From IMG/VR virus record IMGVR_UViG_3300045911_000567, positions 1-64,000 of that record: DNA of 64,000 bases, one strand, 5' to 3'. Origin of the DNA: a virus. Positions 35,609 through 44,398 of the stretch are shown in pieces. Position 1 is the first letter of the stretch; each line of letters begins with the position of its first letter. The notes under the pieces were generated by a model, which had not been told where the DNA came from, ran no database searches, and worked only from the letters and a program-made list of their open reading frames with translations. Made by a program: the position numbers and the translations under genes.

Positions 35609-35976
35609 TTAAATACTTCTTTAGTTGCTAAGTTAGCTTTCTTTTCGATTAAAGAAGACTTTTTTAGCGCAAGCTCTCCCAGTGACTTCTTTCCTCTCGC
35701 TTTTCTATTTAGCTTATCTTCTAACTCTTTAATTTTCTCGCCTGCTTTTCGTTCTGCTAATTGAAAAGTTAGCAGTCTTTGTCGAACTGCTTCTGACTCT
35801 TTAATCAATAATTCTATTGCTTTCTCTTGAGAATGAACTAAAATAGTCAACTCCGCATTTTCTTTGGATAATCTTTCTATCTTTGCGCTTGTGCGATAAT
35901 AGTAAACACCGGCAGTAGACAAAACTGATGCTATTAGTAAAAATCCTATAACATATCTATTTGCTAATAGTGACAT
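35569..35976 (-). CDS. Inner-membrane spanin (Rz-like)
   Basis: N-terminal TM, long coiled coil, LGELALKKSSLIEKKAN..T; C-terminal Cys residues. Confidence 0.75.
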   Translation of the reverse strand: MSLLANRYVIGFLLIASVLSTAGVYYYRTSAKIERLSKENAELTILVHSQEKAIELLIKESEAVRQRLLTFQLAERKAGEKIKELEDKLNRKARGKKSLGELALKKSSLIEKKANLATKEVFKCFKDISKGKDCS

Positions 35977-36003
35977 AAAAATGCGGGGAGACAAGCTCCC
36001 CGC
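35977..36003 (-). terminator. Rho-independent terminator
   Basis: GCGGGGAG-5nt-CTCCCCGC stem followed by ATTTTT on the minus strand, right after the 36011 stop. Confidence 0.8.
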
Positions 36004-36010
36004 TCCATTA

Positions 36011-37525
36011 TTATTTTAAACACACCTTCTTTTTATCTGGACACTTAGAAATTTCGGTTTGCACCTTGTTTCTAAGTTTTAGGGTATCGGGAGCAGTTTT
36101 TTCGCGATTGCGGCAAGCTAATCTAGCTCCTCTTTGGGCATCACTTGCTTGTTTATACAATCTTTCTGTTAACCGTCGCAGCTTTCTCAACTTAGCTGTA
36201 TTGACTATGTTAGCGCACTCTCCCGGACACAGAAATACTGTTGTTTCTAGTGAGTCTACAGTTAGAAGATATTCTTCCAGTAGTTTTTTTACTGTTCTAA
36301 TAGATTTTTTGGATCTATTAGTTAGTCTTCTGTCGCACTTCGACTGTTTTTGAAAATAAGGAACACTCCTATTACTTAGTTGTCTTCCCAGTCTTTTCAA
36401 ACTAGGCTTATTGATGTATATCTCAGTCGGAAGATCACATTTTGGGCTCTCCGGTGTGGGAGTTGGCTCCGGTGTGGGAGTTGGCTCCGGTTCTGGCTCT
36501 TGACAAGAAGAACCATCGCCGCCACAGACGCCGCACGAATCGACTACGGAAGAGCCGTTAGGAACTCCGGCGCAATCTAAACATGTCGAGTTATTTCCGC
36601 CACAGACGCCGCACGAATCGACTACAGAAGAGCCGTTAGGAACTCCGGCGCAGTCAGCACAAGTGGAACCATCACCACCACAGACACCACACTCGTCTAT
36701 TAGTTTATCTCCGTTTGGTGTTCCTGCACAATCCTGACAAGTCAACCCATCGTTTGATTTGTCGTTGTCACAAACACCACAAACATCGATGCTATTGTTT
36801 CCGTTAGGAACTCCAGCACAATCGGCACATGTAGAGCCATCGCCACCGCAGACTCCGCAAGCATCAACCACCGATACCTTATCAGGAGGAGTCAATTTGA
36901 TGAGCTTTCCTGCGCAATCCACTTCACATGCTTTGCTATTTGAACTGGCTGTTGCAGTTTTACCCGTCAAAGACCAGACCAAATTACTTCCATTAAATGG
37001 AACTGAGAAAACAAAAGTTTGTCTGCCGACCAAAAATTGTGTTGGCTGTCCTCTGTTTTCTGGGCTAGGAGTAAACTTATTTCTGCTTCCTACAGGAACA
37101 TTAACTGTTACTCCATTAGTATTATTTGTTCCGAAAAAAGCCACAAATTCATTATCTCCCTTTTTCTGAACACACTCTAAAACAGGAGAAACCTGAAGTT
37201 CCGGTTCTGGTGTAGGAACTACACACTGCCGATAAAACCACTTACCGTCACAGCCCGCTTTCACATATACCCCCGAGAGCTGTTTATTTTTTGTGAAGGT
37301 TCCGGATTTTCCTTGTTTTAGATTATCAAATTTAAACTGAGAGTTATCGCAAAATTTCAATATGACATGCGACAAGTCCTTAGATGAAGAGACAGAAACA
37401 GAGTTTCCGTCTCCTGAGAAATTAGCTATAAAAGGTGCGCCACTGGGGTTTGTAGCATTACTCGTAGAAAGACAACAAGCAAAGATCAATAAAACAAACA
37501 CATTTTTTTTCATAATAAGTCTCAC
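36011..37525 (-). CDS. Secreted Cys-rich repeat protein
   Basis: Signal peptide; VSPVLECV..RGQPTQF..LVWSL domain; five DCAG.PNG..D.CGVC(GG) repeats; PEPTPT linker. Confidence 0.85.
   Translation of the reverse strand: MRLIMKKNVFVLLIFACCLSTSNATNPSGAPFIANFSGDGNSVSVSSSKDLSHVILKFCDNSQFKFDNLKQGKSGTFTKNKQLSGVYVKAGCDGKWFYRQCVVPTPEPELQVSPVLECVQKKGDNEFVAFFGTNNTNGVTVNVPVGSRNKFTPSPENRGQPTQFLVGRQTFVFSVPFNGSNLVWSLTGKTATASSNSKACEVDCAGKLIKLTPPDKVSVVDACGVCGGDGSTCADCAGVPNGNNSIDVCGVCDNDKSNDGLTCQDCAGTPNGDKLIDECGVCGGDGSTCADCAGVPNGSSVVDSCGVCGGNNSTCLDCAGVPNGSSVVDSCGVCGGDGSSCQEPEPEPTPTPEPTPTPESPKCDLPTEIYINKPSLKRLGRQLSNRSVPYFQKQSKCDRRLTNRSKKSIRTVKKLLEEYLLTVDSLETTVFLCPGECANIVNTAKLRKLRRLTERLYKQASDAQRGARLACRNREKTAPDTLKLRNKVQTEISKCPDKKKVCLK
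36449..36870 (-). repeat. Coding tandem repeats: 18-bp PEPTPT units and ~75-bp DCAGVPNG/CGVCGG units
   Basis: ctccggtgtgggagttgg occurs twice; ccgccacagacgccgcacgaatcgactac..gaagagccgttaggaactccggcgca occurs twice nearly identically, plus diverged copies. Confidence 0.85.
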
Positions 37526-37545
37526 TCCTATATGTATATATTAAA

Positions 37546-37574
37546 ATTTTAACACACCACTCTTTCGAAGTCAA
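37546..37574 (-). promoter_or_regulatory. Sigma70-like promoter for the Cys-rich secreted gene
   Basis: TTGACT-N17-TAAAAT with extended TG; AGGAG SD downstream. Confidence 0.7.
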
Positions 37575-37579
37575 TAATA

Positions 37580-37912
37580 TCAGTGCATAATAATATCTTT
37601 TGGTGGATATGGAAGTGAATCTATTTCCATCTGACCCAACAGATAAACATCCATAGCATCCTCTTGAATCATCTTGGATTTCTGATAAAACCGATTGATC
37701 ATTAGTATGGTGTCTAATGGATCGTTTTCCAAGTATGCTTTTTTTAATCTTTCCAATTCCTCAAACATAGTGGCCATCATGGATAGATACAAATCAATAC
37801 GAGAATCCATTACCGAGCCTTTTTTACTTTTATTCTTGGCTTTGAGTATTTCTTGATACAAAGACTCTAGACTTTCTGGTAAAACTTTTTCTATGAGATC
37901 CTTTAAATTCAT
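37580..37912 (-). CDS. Hypothetical protein
   Basis: Probable start MNLKDLIEK. Confidence 0.6.
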   Translation of the reverse strand: MNLKDLIEKVLPESLESLYQEILKAKNKSKKGSVMDSRIDLYLSMMATMFEELERLKKAYLENDPLDTILMINRFYQKSKMIQEDAMDVYLLGQMEIDSLPYPPKDIIMH

Positions 37913-37913
37913 A

Positions 37914-38255
37914 TTAATGAACCTGCGATGATTGGTGTTTTCCAAAAATAACACCCCTACAGAAAGCATGTAAGTCTTTGCCGTTTTCTGTTATTGCACA
38001 TATGAATATCGCAGTTTCGAATATTCTCGATTTCAATAAATCAACATCAGATTCATGCCCGAATGTTTTTCTAAATGTCACGGATATTAAATCATTGAGG
38101 CGAAATGTTAGGGTGTCTAGATCTTCTGATATGATTGATGTTATTGCTGCCACAAAAGGATAAATTTTTCCAACTTCCAGGCCACCGGCTTCTATAAGTT
38201 CAGTTGAAAGGATTTTTGTTAATTGCTTACTCATTTTTTTTATCATAGCTAACAA
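37914..38255 (-). CDS. Hypothetical protein
   Basis: ~106-113-aa ORF. Confidence 0.6.
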   Translation of the reverse strand: MLAMIKKMSKQLTKILSTELIEAGGLEVGKIYPFVAAITSIISEDLDTLTFRLNDLISVTFRKTFGHESDVDLLKSRIFETAIFICAITENGKDLHAFCRGVIFGKHQSSQVH

Positions 38256-39014
38256 TTATCTTTCTAGCAAATAATCTTTAAATTTCTTTTTAGGAAGTTT
38301 CTTAACTATCGGTTCTTGCAAACCAGCAACGCCGCCGGCGCCTACTGAATTAGCAGGAATATCTTCTTCAACTTTTTTGAGTCTTGTATAATAATCCGGC
38401 TTTTCTTTCAGGTGTGCCAGCACTATTTTGGCTAAATCTTCTTTTGTATTCGCTACACGAAGTTCTGGATCTGTGCTATGTTCTTGTTCAACCTCCAGCC
38501 CTTGTCTAAATTGATTCAAATCGACTTTGGTCCAATCCACGCCCAATCTATTGCCTATTTCCTGTGCTTCCTGCTTTGAAATTTTTTCTATCTTTTCTTC
38601 AAGTAGTGCTAAATGATTAAGAGCAGAAATATTTTCTTGTAGTAGTTGCAGTTGATTTGTAAAACTGGAATATAATAGATCAATGTCTTCATATTTTTCG
38701 AGATTATTCTCTTCTTTCAGCAAAAATAGTGCGGCGGCGAAATTTGCAAGACGAGTCCTGCCAGCCGGTAGTTTAGATATGATTTTCTTGAGGTTGAGAA
38801 TTATCACATCAAAAATAGTAAATGATAATTTTTCTTCGCTTTTGGTGAGAGTGCTGCGTTTTCTGAGTATATTTCCTTCGGCATCTATAATACCAAATTT
38901 ATATGCCTTCCAATTCGAAAAAGGCGTAGCAAGTCGTTTTATAAACTGATAAATCAAAAAAGAATCGAATACAACCGACTCGTTAATTAATTCCGATTTG
39001 AGTTTATTCCTCAT
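38256..39014 (-). CDS. Conserved T4-like protein with DUF5661-like domain
   Basis: FIKRLATPF..W.AYK.GIID.EG; GLEVEQEH..KIVLAHLKE.PDYYTRL; EDIPANSVGAGG. Confidence 0.75.
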   Translation of the reverse strand: MRNKLKSELINESVVFDSFLIYQFIKRLATPFSNWKAYKFGIIDAEGNILRKRSTLTKSEEKLSFTIFDVIILNLKKIISKLPAGRTRLANFAAALFLLKEENNLEKYEDIDLLYSSFTNQLQLLQENISALNHLALLEEKIEKISKQEAQEIGNRLGVDWTKVDLNQFRQGLEVEQEHSTDPELRVANTKEDLAKIVLAHLKEKPDYYTRLKKVEEDIPANSVGAGGVAGLQEPIVKKLPKKKFKDYLLER

Positions 39015-39427
39015 TAGATTTGCCTCAGTGCAGCAGCAATTTTCATGTCTATGGGTATATCACTACTAATAATTGGTTTATCGTCTATTCCATAAATTAC
39101 CGAAGGCATATAATTTAGAAAAACCAAAAAAGTCTTTAGCTGCACCCAGAACTTTTTGTTCACTTTATAAAACAAAATTTTGGTTGCGGCTTCTGGACCA
39201 AAGACATTATAAAGCACAATGATATGATTTAGAATCAATCTCTCTTTCAGTTCGCCGTCCATAACATAACGATTCAATAGTCGTTTGATGTATTTAATTC
39301 TGGTCAGATCATCATGAAATTCTTTAATATCAAGACAGCCAGGATTATTGTATGCCTTCATCGCATACATCATGAAACTATCTTCTGTTAGACACTCAAA
39401 TCTTGGATCGAATCCCATAGCAAACAT
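39014..39427 (-). CDS. Conserved T4-like protein (DUF7207-like)
   Basis: YAMKAYNNP.C..EF.DDL.RIKYIKRL..ELKERLILNH..LYNVFG. Confidence 0.8.
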   Translation of the reverse strand: MFAMGFDPRFECLTEDSFMMYAMKAYNNPGCLDIKEFHDDLTRIKYIKRLLNRYVMDGELKERLILNHIIVLYNVFGPEAATKILFYKVNKKFWVQLKTFLVFLNYMPSVIYGIDDKPIISSDIPIDMKIAAALRQI

Positions 39428-39434
39428 TTATTGC

Positions 39435-40256
39435 TTACGGAACTACTCTGGTTCCAGCTCCTTGTGCCAACGCAGCCGTAATAGTCAATATCGCCGATTG
39501 TGCTGTATTTGCAGTTCTAACAATTGTACCAGAGATTGACTGTGCATCAATTGATAGTTCTGCGCTTTCGGCAGGAACGGTTCCTGCAAAAACAACTTCA
39601 GTTGTGTTCAATTGCTGCGATGCTGTTAGAATTATTGGACCTAGTGTTCCATCTGTAGTGAGTTGCAAAGTTGCTCCTGCCGAAGCATCGACCTCCTCAC
39701 TAAATGTAACTGCTACGCTCACAGGATCGTTTTGTTGCAAGGATGCTTGTACGAATTGAACATCTTCGATAGAAACTTCGACTAACGGTATTATCCTGGT
39801 TCCAGCTGCCGTAATTGCAGATACAGGAACAACCAAGTTAGTAGCAGTATTGTCGGTTGCATCTTGAATTGCTCCTGTTAAGGGAGATGTTACAGCTAAT
39901 GTTACTTCTTCGCTTTCTAGTGGAACTGTTCCACTAAATACTGCCTCGTTCGTATTCAGTTGCTGTAGGGCGGTTAATGTAATTGGACCTAAAGGACCTG
40001 TGTTCGACAATGTTAAAGTTGCTCCAGCAGGAACATTAACCCTTTCATTGAATCTAACGGTTACAGAGATTGGATCTCCTTGTGCATATGATGTTGCATC
40101 GAAAGCTACTGATAATACATCGCCAGGACCAGCTTTTGTTGTGAGCTTTCCTATGGCAACGAAGATTTCTCCGGTGTCAGGATCGACCCACCCCTGATCT
40201 GTTGCTACTGCGTTTGGTGCAAATGCTGGTGGTCCGTTTAAAGTCCATAATGGCAT
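39435..40256 (-). CDS. Virion structural/decoration protein with two Ig-like repeats
   Basis: MPLW..ATDQGWV N-terminus; duplicated DP(I/V)SV.V.F.E.V...AGATL.L...G.LGPI.LTA.QQLNT.E.VF.GTVP.ES; ATAAATA at 40296-302. Confidence 0.7.
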   Translation of the reverse strand: MPLWTLNGPPAFAPNAVATDQGWVDPDTGEIFVAIGKLTTKAGPGDVLSVAFDATSYAQGDPISVTVRFNERVNVPAGATLTLSNTGPLGPITLTALQQLNTNEAVFSGTVPLESEEVTLAVTSPLTGAIQDATDNTATNLVVPVSAITAAGTRIIPLVEVSIEDVQFVQASLQQNDPVSVAVTFSEEVDASAGATLQLTTDGTLGPIILTASQQLNTTEVVFAGTVPAESAELSIDAQSISGTIVRTANTAQSAILTITAALAQGAGTRVVP

Positions 40257-40272
40257 GGTATGTTACTCCTGA

Positions 40273-40830
40273 TTAAAATCCTAATTTTCTTAACTTATTT
40301 ATCACTTCCGATGCCGATGTCCTTTGTATTGCTAGACCGCCGGCTGTTCTCCATTCATTGCAATTCTTATCGTAATCATCTATCAGTAGGTTTGGTTCGC
40401 CCTTGACATTTTTTGCAAATAACTGTTTTTGTGAGCGAGAAACCAAATGAATATTATCTACATTATTTATTCCAAGATGATCCTTAACCCATTGAAGTTT
40501 GTCGCGTTCGCAAATGTCTCTATTCATTGAAGTTGTTGCACTCAAGATGTTTGGTTTGTATTTTTTGACTGCTTCCCATAATTTTTTGCCGTCTCTTAAC
40601 CATCTCAAAGTCTGCCAAAAGTTTGGTTGTTGATATATGATTGACCAGCGAATATCATTAGCTTCGGTTTCGGAATATTCCTTAAGCCAAAATGAATGAT
40701 GAAATTTCGGATAACCAAATTTTTCTAAAATTTGATCTGCGCCTCTAGTAAAATCAACCAAGGTTTCGTCTAAATCCAGATATATTGTGGGCAAAGATTT
40801 GTCAATAATATAAGATTTCAAACTTTTCAT
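40273..40830 (-). CDS. HAD-family 5'(3')-deoxyribonucleotidase-like phosphatase
   Basis: IYLDLDETLVDF, ILSA, K..W, LLIDD..N..W..AGG.AI. Confidence 0.85.
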   Translation of the reverse strand: MKSLKSYIIDKSLPTIYLDLDETLVDFTRGADQILEKFGYPKFHHSFWLKEYSETEANDIRWSIIYQQPNFWQTLRWLRDGKKLWEAVKKYKPNILSATTSMNRDICERDKLQWVKDHLGINNVDNIHLVSRSQKQLFAKNVKGEPNLLIDDYDKNCNEWRTAGGLAIQRTSASEVINKLRKLGF

Positions 40831-40844
40831 TATCTTAAATCAAA

Positions 40845-41444
40845 CTAATCTCTGTCATTTCCTTTGAATTGAGGCTGCTCATGCGGAAGATCGCCCATAG
40901 CATCAATTAATAAAGGAAGTAGAACAGATTCATAATTTTCATACACACTTAATATATCATATAGATCCTCTTTTCTCTTTGCTCCCGGAAGGTGAGGCGC
41001 AGGAATTATTTCAGGCATTCCTGTAGCATATGTCACTAGTGCTCTATAGGCTGTTCTTTCTGAATCGGGTCTAATATCGTCCGCTGCTCGTTGTGTCAAA
41101 TCTATATCGGAAATAATGTCGATGTGTTTCGGTAGATTCCTATCTCTCATTGTCACAGCAGATGCCGGTTCTTTGGAAGCGACCTGACACGATTCATTTA
41201 CTGATGCTAGTTCGGATTCTTTTTCCTGTTCTGACTCAAGCTGCTCGTTTTCTTCTGCCTCATCTTTTGCTTCGGTTTCTCCTAGTGTAGGTAAGCCAGA
41301 ATGGGCTGCGGTTTTTTTTGCTTTGCTAGTGCAGTCACACCCTTGTTCGTGCACAGTGCACGTTTGTTCGGATAAACTTTTGTTCAATATACTGGAAACC
41401 GCATCAATTAATGATTGTGATATACCTAAATCTTTGAATGACAT
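40845..41444 (-). CDS. Acidic late protein, possibly head-associated
   Basis: AGGAG SD; CTAAATA at 41469-75; SLIDAV..IL; several L/V-x-E sites. Confidence 0.65.
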   Translation of the reverse strand: MSFKDLGISQSLIDAVSSILNKSLSEQTCTVHEQGCDCTSKAKKTAAHSGLPTLGETEAKDEAEENEQLESEQEKESELASVNESCQVASKEPASAVTMRDRNLPKHIDIISDIDLTQRAADDIRPDSERTAYRALVTYATGMPEIIPAPHLPGAKRKEDLYDILSVYENYESVLLPLLIDAMGDLPHEQPQFKGNDRD

Positions 41445-41480
41445 ATTTCTCTCCTTGCAGTAGTATATTATTTAGTTATT

Positions 41481-41693
41481 TTAATCATCTGGCGATTTTT
41501 TCTTAGATTTATAATCGGTTTGATAAAATCCCGATCCCTTGAAAATTGGGGCAGATACGACTGAAAGAACTTTAGCTATCTCAGATTGACAATACGGACA
41601 ATTTTTGATCGCGGCGTCTGAGATTTTTTGCTGTATCTCAAGAATTCCACAGGACTTACATTCGTATTCATATAACGGCATATTGTCACTCAC
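41481..41693 (-). CDS. FmdB-family zinc-ribbon protein
   Basis: MPLYEYECKSCG..CPYC..FKGSGFYQTDY. Confidence 0.88.
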   Translation of the reverse strand: MSDNMPLYEYECKSCGILEIQQKISDAAIKNCPYCQSEIAKVLSVVSAPIFKGSGFYQTDYKSKKKSPDD

Positions 41694-42115
41694 ATCACTT
41701 TTTTGACGGATCCGTTCGGTAGATAATGATATACTGCAACTTTTTGATTGAATCTTAATGCTTTCCTAATATTATTAGCTTTCATCACCGCACCAAGTTT
41801 CGTTTTTTCTTTTTCTGAAAAGAGTTGCTTTCCTCCTGCATCGTATACCACAACCACGAACAGATCGGATTGTTCTTGTACTACACTACCTAATTGTTCT
41901 GGATCGGCTTGCTCATTTGCTCTCTTCTCTGCATCTTTTCGTGCTTGATCCTGCTTGCGCTGTGCTTCTTTGGCGGCGAAATCTGCTCGTCGAGCTTGTT
42001 CTATCTCTCGGGTGTGTTTTTTTTGTAGTTGTTCTTTCTCTCGTTTCTGACGTTCCCGTACTTTTTGAGCTTGGGACTCAAACTCTTCTTGTAAGTATTT
42101 TCTAAATCGTTTCAT
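41690..42115 (-). CDS. Putative internal head protein
   Basis: MKRFRKYLQE; charged coiled coil; CTAAATA at 42173-79. Confidence 0.65.
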   Translation of the reverse strand: MKRFRKYLQEEFESQAQKVRERQKREKEQLQKKHTREIEQARRADFAAKEAQRKQDQARKDAEKRANEQADPEQLGSVVQEQSDLFVVVVYDAGGKQLFSEKEKTKLGAVMKANNIRKALRFNQKVAVYHYLPNGSVKKVM

Positions 42116-43112
42116 AAATTTTTTTTCTAGTGCTATAACGAGATTTCTTTGCTAGATTCAATAATTCTCTTATATTTAGAGAAACGACATGAGCTATAAC
42201 TTTTTGTTTTTCATCTATATTTCTGAGTGCAAATAGTTGATGATGACCATCCAGAATATAATCATCTGACGAAACTACAAACGGCTTTTTAGCATCTGGA
42301 TGTTTTTTGAAATGCTCATATTTCTGTTTAACTTTTTGTAGATTTATTTCTGATTGAGTTGGCTTCAATTTGTCCAGTCGAATGTATTTTTTCGAGACTA
42401 AAATGCCCTGTTCTTTCAGTTCATCCAAAAAAGAGGATATGTCCCTCTCCGCAATCTGTGGCATCTCATTTCTGGTAAAACCTAATCCTTTTATTTTATG
42501 AATAATAGACTCGGCGATTTTCATACTCTTTTTCAATTCGTCGAACATTTCTCTGGCAAATCTTTCTGATAGACCAGATAGAGTCATCGAATAAAATGAT
42601 GCAAAATCATTTCGTTTGACTGCATCTCGCACTCTGGAAGCCGAAAACCCTTCCACTCCTTCGGCATCGGGATCTCTCAAACCAGCCGAGATAACCGCAA
42701 AATTTTTAATCGGCAGTCTTTTACTCTTATCTGGATGGTTTATGTATTTCTTTATCAAAGTATCGAATTCGGATACTCTATCGGCTCCAACTACCATCAC
42801 CAAATTTGCGTAGCCAATTGAATGTAGATATTGTATCACATCGAAGATTGTTTTGATTTGACTATTTGCTACGATATATTTCTTATGATTCGAAATTCCC
42901 ATAGCCAGATATTTTATTTTCTGTTGATATGATAGGGGATTCTTTCTAATATCTTGAGTCTGACTTAAAAAAATAAATGGTGTGGCATTTTCTTTTCTGG
43001 AAACCAACAGCATATTTTCAATAACTTTCTCATGTCCTCTATGAGGAGGATTCATTCTACCGAAGGTAAATACTGCTTTTTTACCCGATAAAATTTCACT
43101 TAAAAATTTCAT
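42102..43112 (-). CDS. HxGH cytidylyl/nucleotidyltransferase fused to a ParB/Srx-like domain
   Basis: FGRMNPPHRGH, NPL, VVGADR, SAG.RDPD..SASRVR; C-terminal LKPTQ..VSSDDYILDGHH. Confidence 0.85.
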   Translation of the reverse strand: MKFLSEILSGKKAVFTFGRMNPPHRGHEKVIENMLLVSRKENATPFIFLSQTQDIRKNPLSYQQKIKYLAMGISNHKKYIVANSQIKTIFDVIQYLHSIGYANLVMVVGADRVSEFDTLIKKYINHPDKSKRLPIKNFAVISAGLRDPDAEGVEGFSASRVRDAVKRNDFASFYSMTLSGLSERFAREMFDELKKSMKIAESIIHKIKGLGFTRNEMPQIAERDISSFLDELKEQGILVSKKYIRLDKLKPTQSEINLQKVKQKYEHFKKHPDAKKPFVVSSDDYILDGHHQLFALRNIDEKQKVIAHVVSLNIRELLNLAKKSRYSTRKKIYETI

Positions 43113-43114
43113 TA

Positions 43115-43657
43115 TTAATCTTTTACTATCGCGTCGTAATAGTTATGTCTTAGTTCGTGTTTTAGTAGATCGCTGTCTCTGATAATATCTCGTAAAACTA
43201 ATTCAGCATCGCCGTTCTGGAGAGAAAATAGTAAAATTTTATTCGAATCTTTAGTTTGTTTAAGCATCTTGTTTATTGTTGAAAGGTCGAATCCATATTC
43301 TCTCAACTTATCTTTCTTGATTGCAGGAAGATTGGGATAAATTTTTACAGATTCTTTGAGTGAAACATCATTGGACTCGGAGAAACTCGCCGATGCTAAA
43401 TCTGATACATTATATAATATATGAGATGGTTCAACGCCGTGCGATTTTACTATATGTTCTACTGCGGCTCTCAACGAAGAAAATCTTTCATTCTTATTGG
43501 TTACATAACGTCCCGATGGTCTGTGGTATGCTACTGCACCAACACGGGCTTTATTAACGTAAACTGCTGCAAATGCAACAGAACGATTTGATGCCAGCCT
43601 TTCTAGTTTGACCACTGCACCTGACGACTCTTTAAGGTATGTGTTAAATTTTTTCAT
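43115..43657 (-). CDS. Putative internal head protein
   Basis: MKKFNTYLKE; CTAAATA at 43664-70. Confidence 0.65.
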   Translation of the reverse strand: MKKFNTYLKESSGAVVKLERLASNRSVAFAAVYVNKARVGAVAYHRPSGRYVTNKNERFSSLRAAVEHIVKSHGVEPSHILYNVSDLASASFSESNDVSLKESVKIYPNLPAIKKDKLREYGFDLSTINKMLKQTKDSNKILLFSLQNGDAELVLRDIIRDSDLLKHELRHNYYDAIVKD

Positions 43658-43666
43658 ATACTATAT

Positions 43667-44398
43667 TTAGTTTGCTTGTTGCTTATATAAAACTTTGCTT
43701 ATTTTACCTAAATCTTCAATATTCGACGTTTTTGTGTCGTAGTTTGCCACAGTTTTATATGACCACTTCATATTAACTTTAAATCTATGGTGTAACTTAG
43801 TATCAATAACAACAATCATGCCTTCTTTTAGTTTAGGAATAACCTTGCCAGATGTAAATAAATTTATGTGCTCAGAAGCGGGCTGCATGATTTCATTTTG
43901 TTTAGATAAAGGAAATAATGCTATAAAGTAATTGTCTATGTTCTCTTTTCTATAAATGAAGGCAATCATTGTTTTACTTGGAAGATGGTCATATTCATCG
44001 GGGTGGCCTGTATGATCTATTGGAATATCCATCCCTAGTTTTTGACTAAACTCTTTTCTATATTTCTGAAATACAGGACCATGCATACCATAATCACTAA
44101 TGCTATTTTTAGCGATAAAGGCATGTATCATTTCATGAGCCACAATCTTAGTCAAAGTTTCTTCTGTAAAATTCAGGGGAGCGATCACGATTTCGATTGT
44201 TTCAGGCAAAACAACTCTGCTCTGTTTGTATATTTTATATGTAGTCAATCCCATTTGTTGTTTAGGAAGTTTACCGAATTTGATAGGGATTTCTTTGAGG
44301 GCACCATTAAAAAGTTTAGCATCAAGCTCTCGGTAAATCTTCTGAAGAGTAGCATTATCTTGGACTTTTTCTGTTATGAATTGCTTGAATTTTTTCAT
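43667..44398 (-). CDS. SprT-like zinc metalloprotease with capsid-targeting N-terminus
   Basis: MKKFKQFITE; LFNG.L..HEMIH..HGPVF; CTAAATA at 44406-12. Confidence 0.8.
   Translation of the reverse strand: MKKFKQFITEKVQDNATLQKIYRELDAKLFNGALKEIPIKFGKLPKQQMGLTTYKIYKQSRVVLPETIEIVIAPLNFTEETLTKIVAHEMIHAFIAKNSISDYGMHGPVFQKYRKEFSQKLGMDIPIDHTGHPDEYDHLPSKTMIAFIYRKENIDNYFIALFPLSKQNEIMQPASEHINLFTSGKVIPKLKEGMIVVIDTKLHHRFKVNMKWSYKTVANYDTKTSNIEDLGKISKVLYKQQAN

Noticed and set aside
40845-41444. DEAD-box helicase (N-terminus MSFKDLGISQSL resembles a Q-motif start)
   Set aside because: No Walker A or DEAD motifs follow; the protein is short and acidic.
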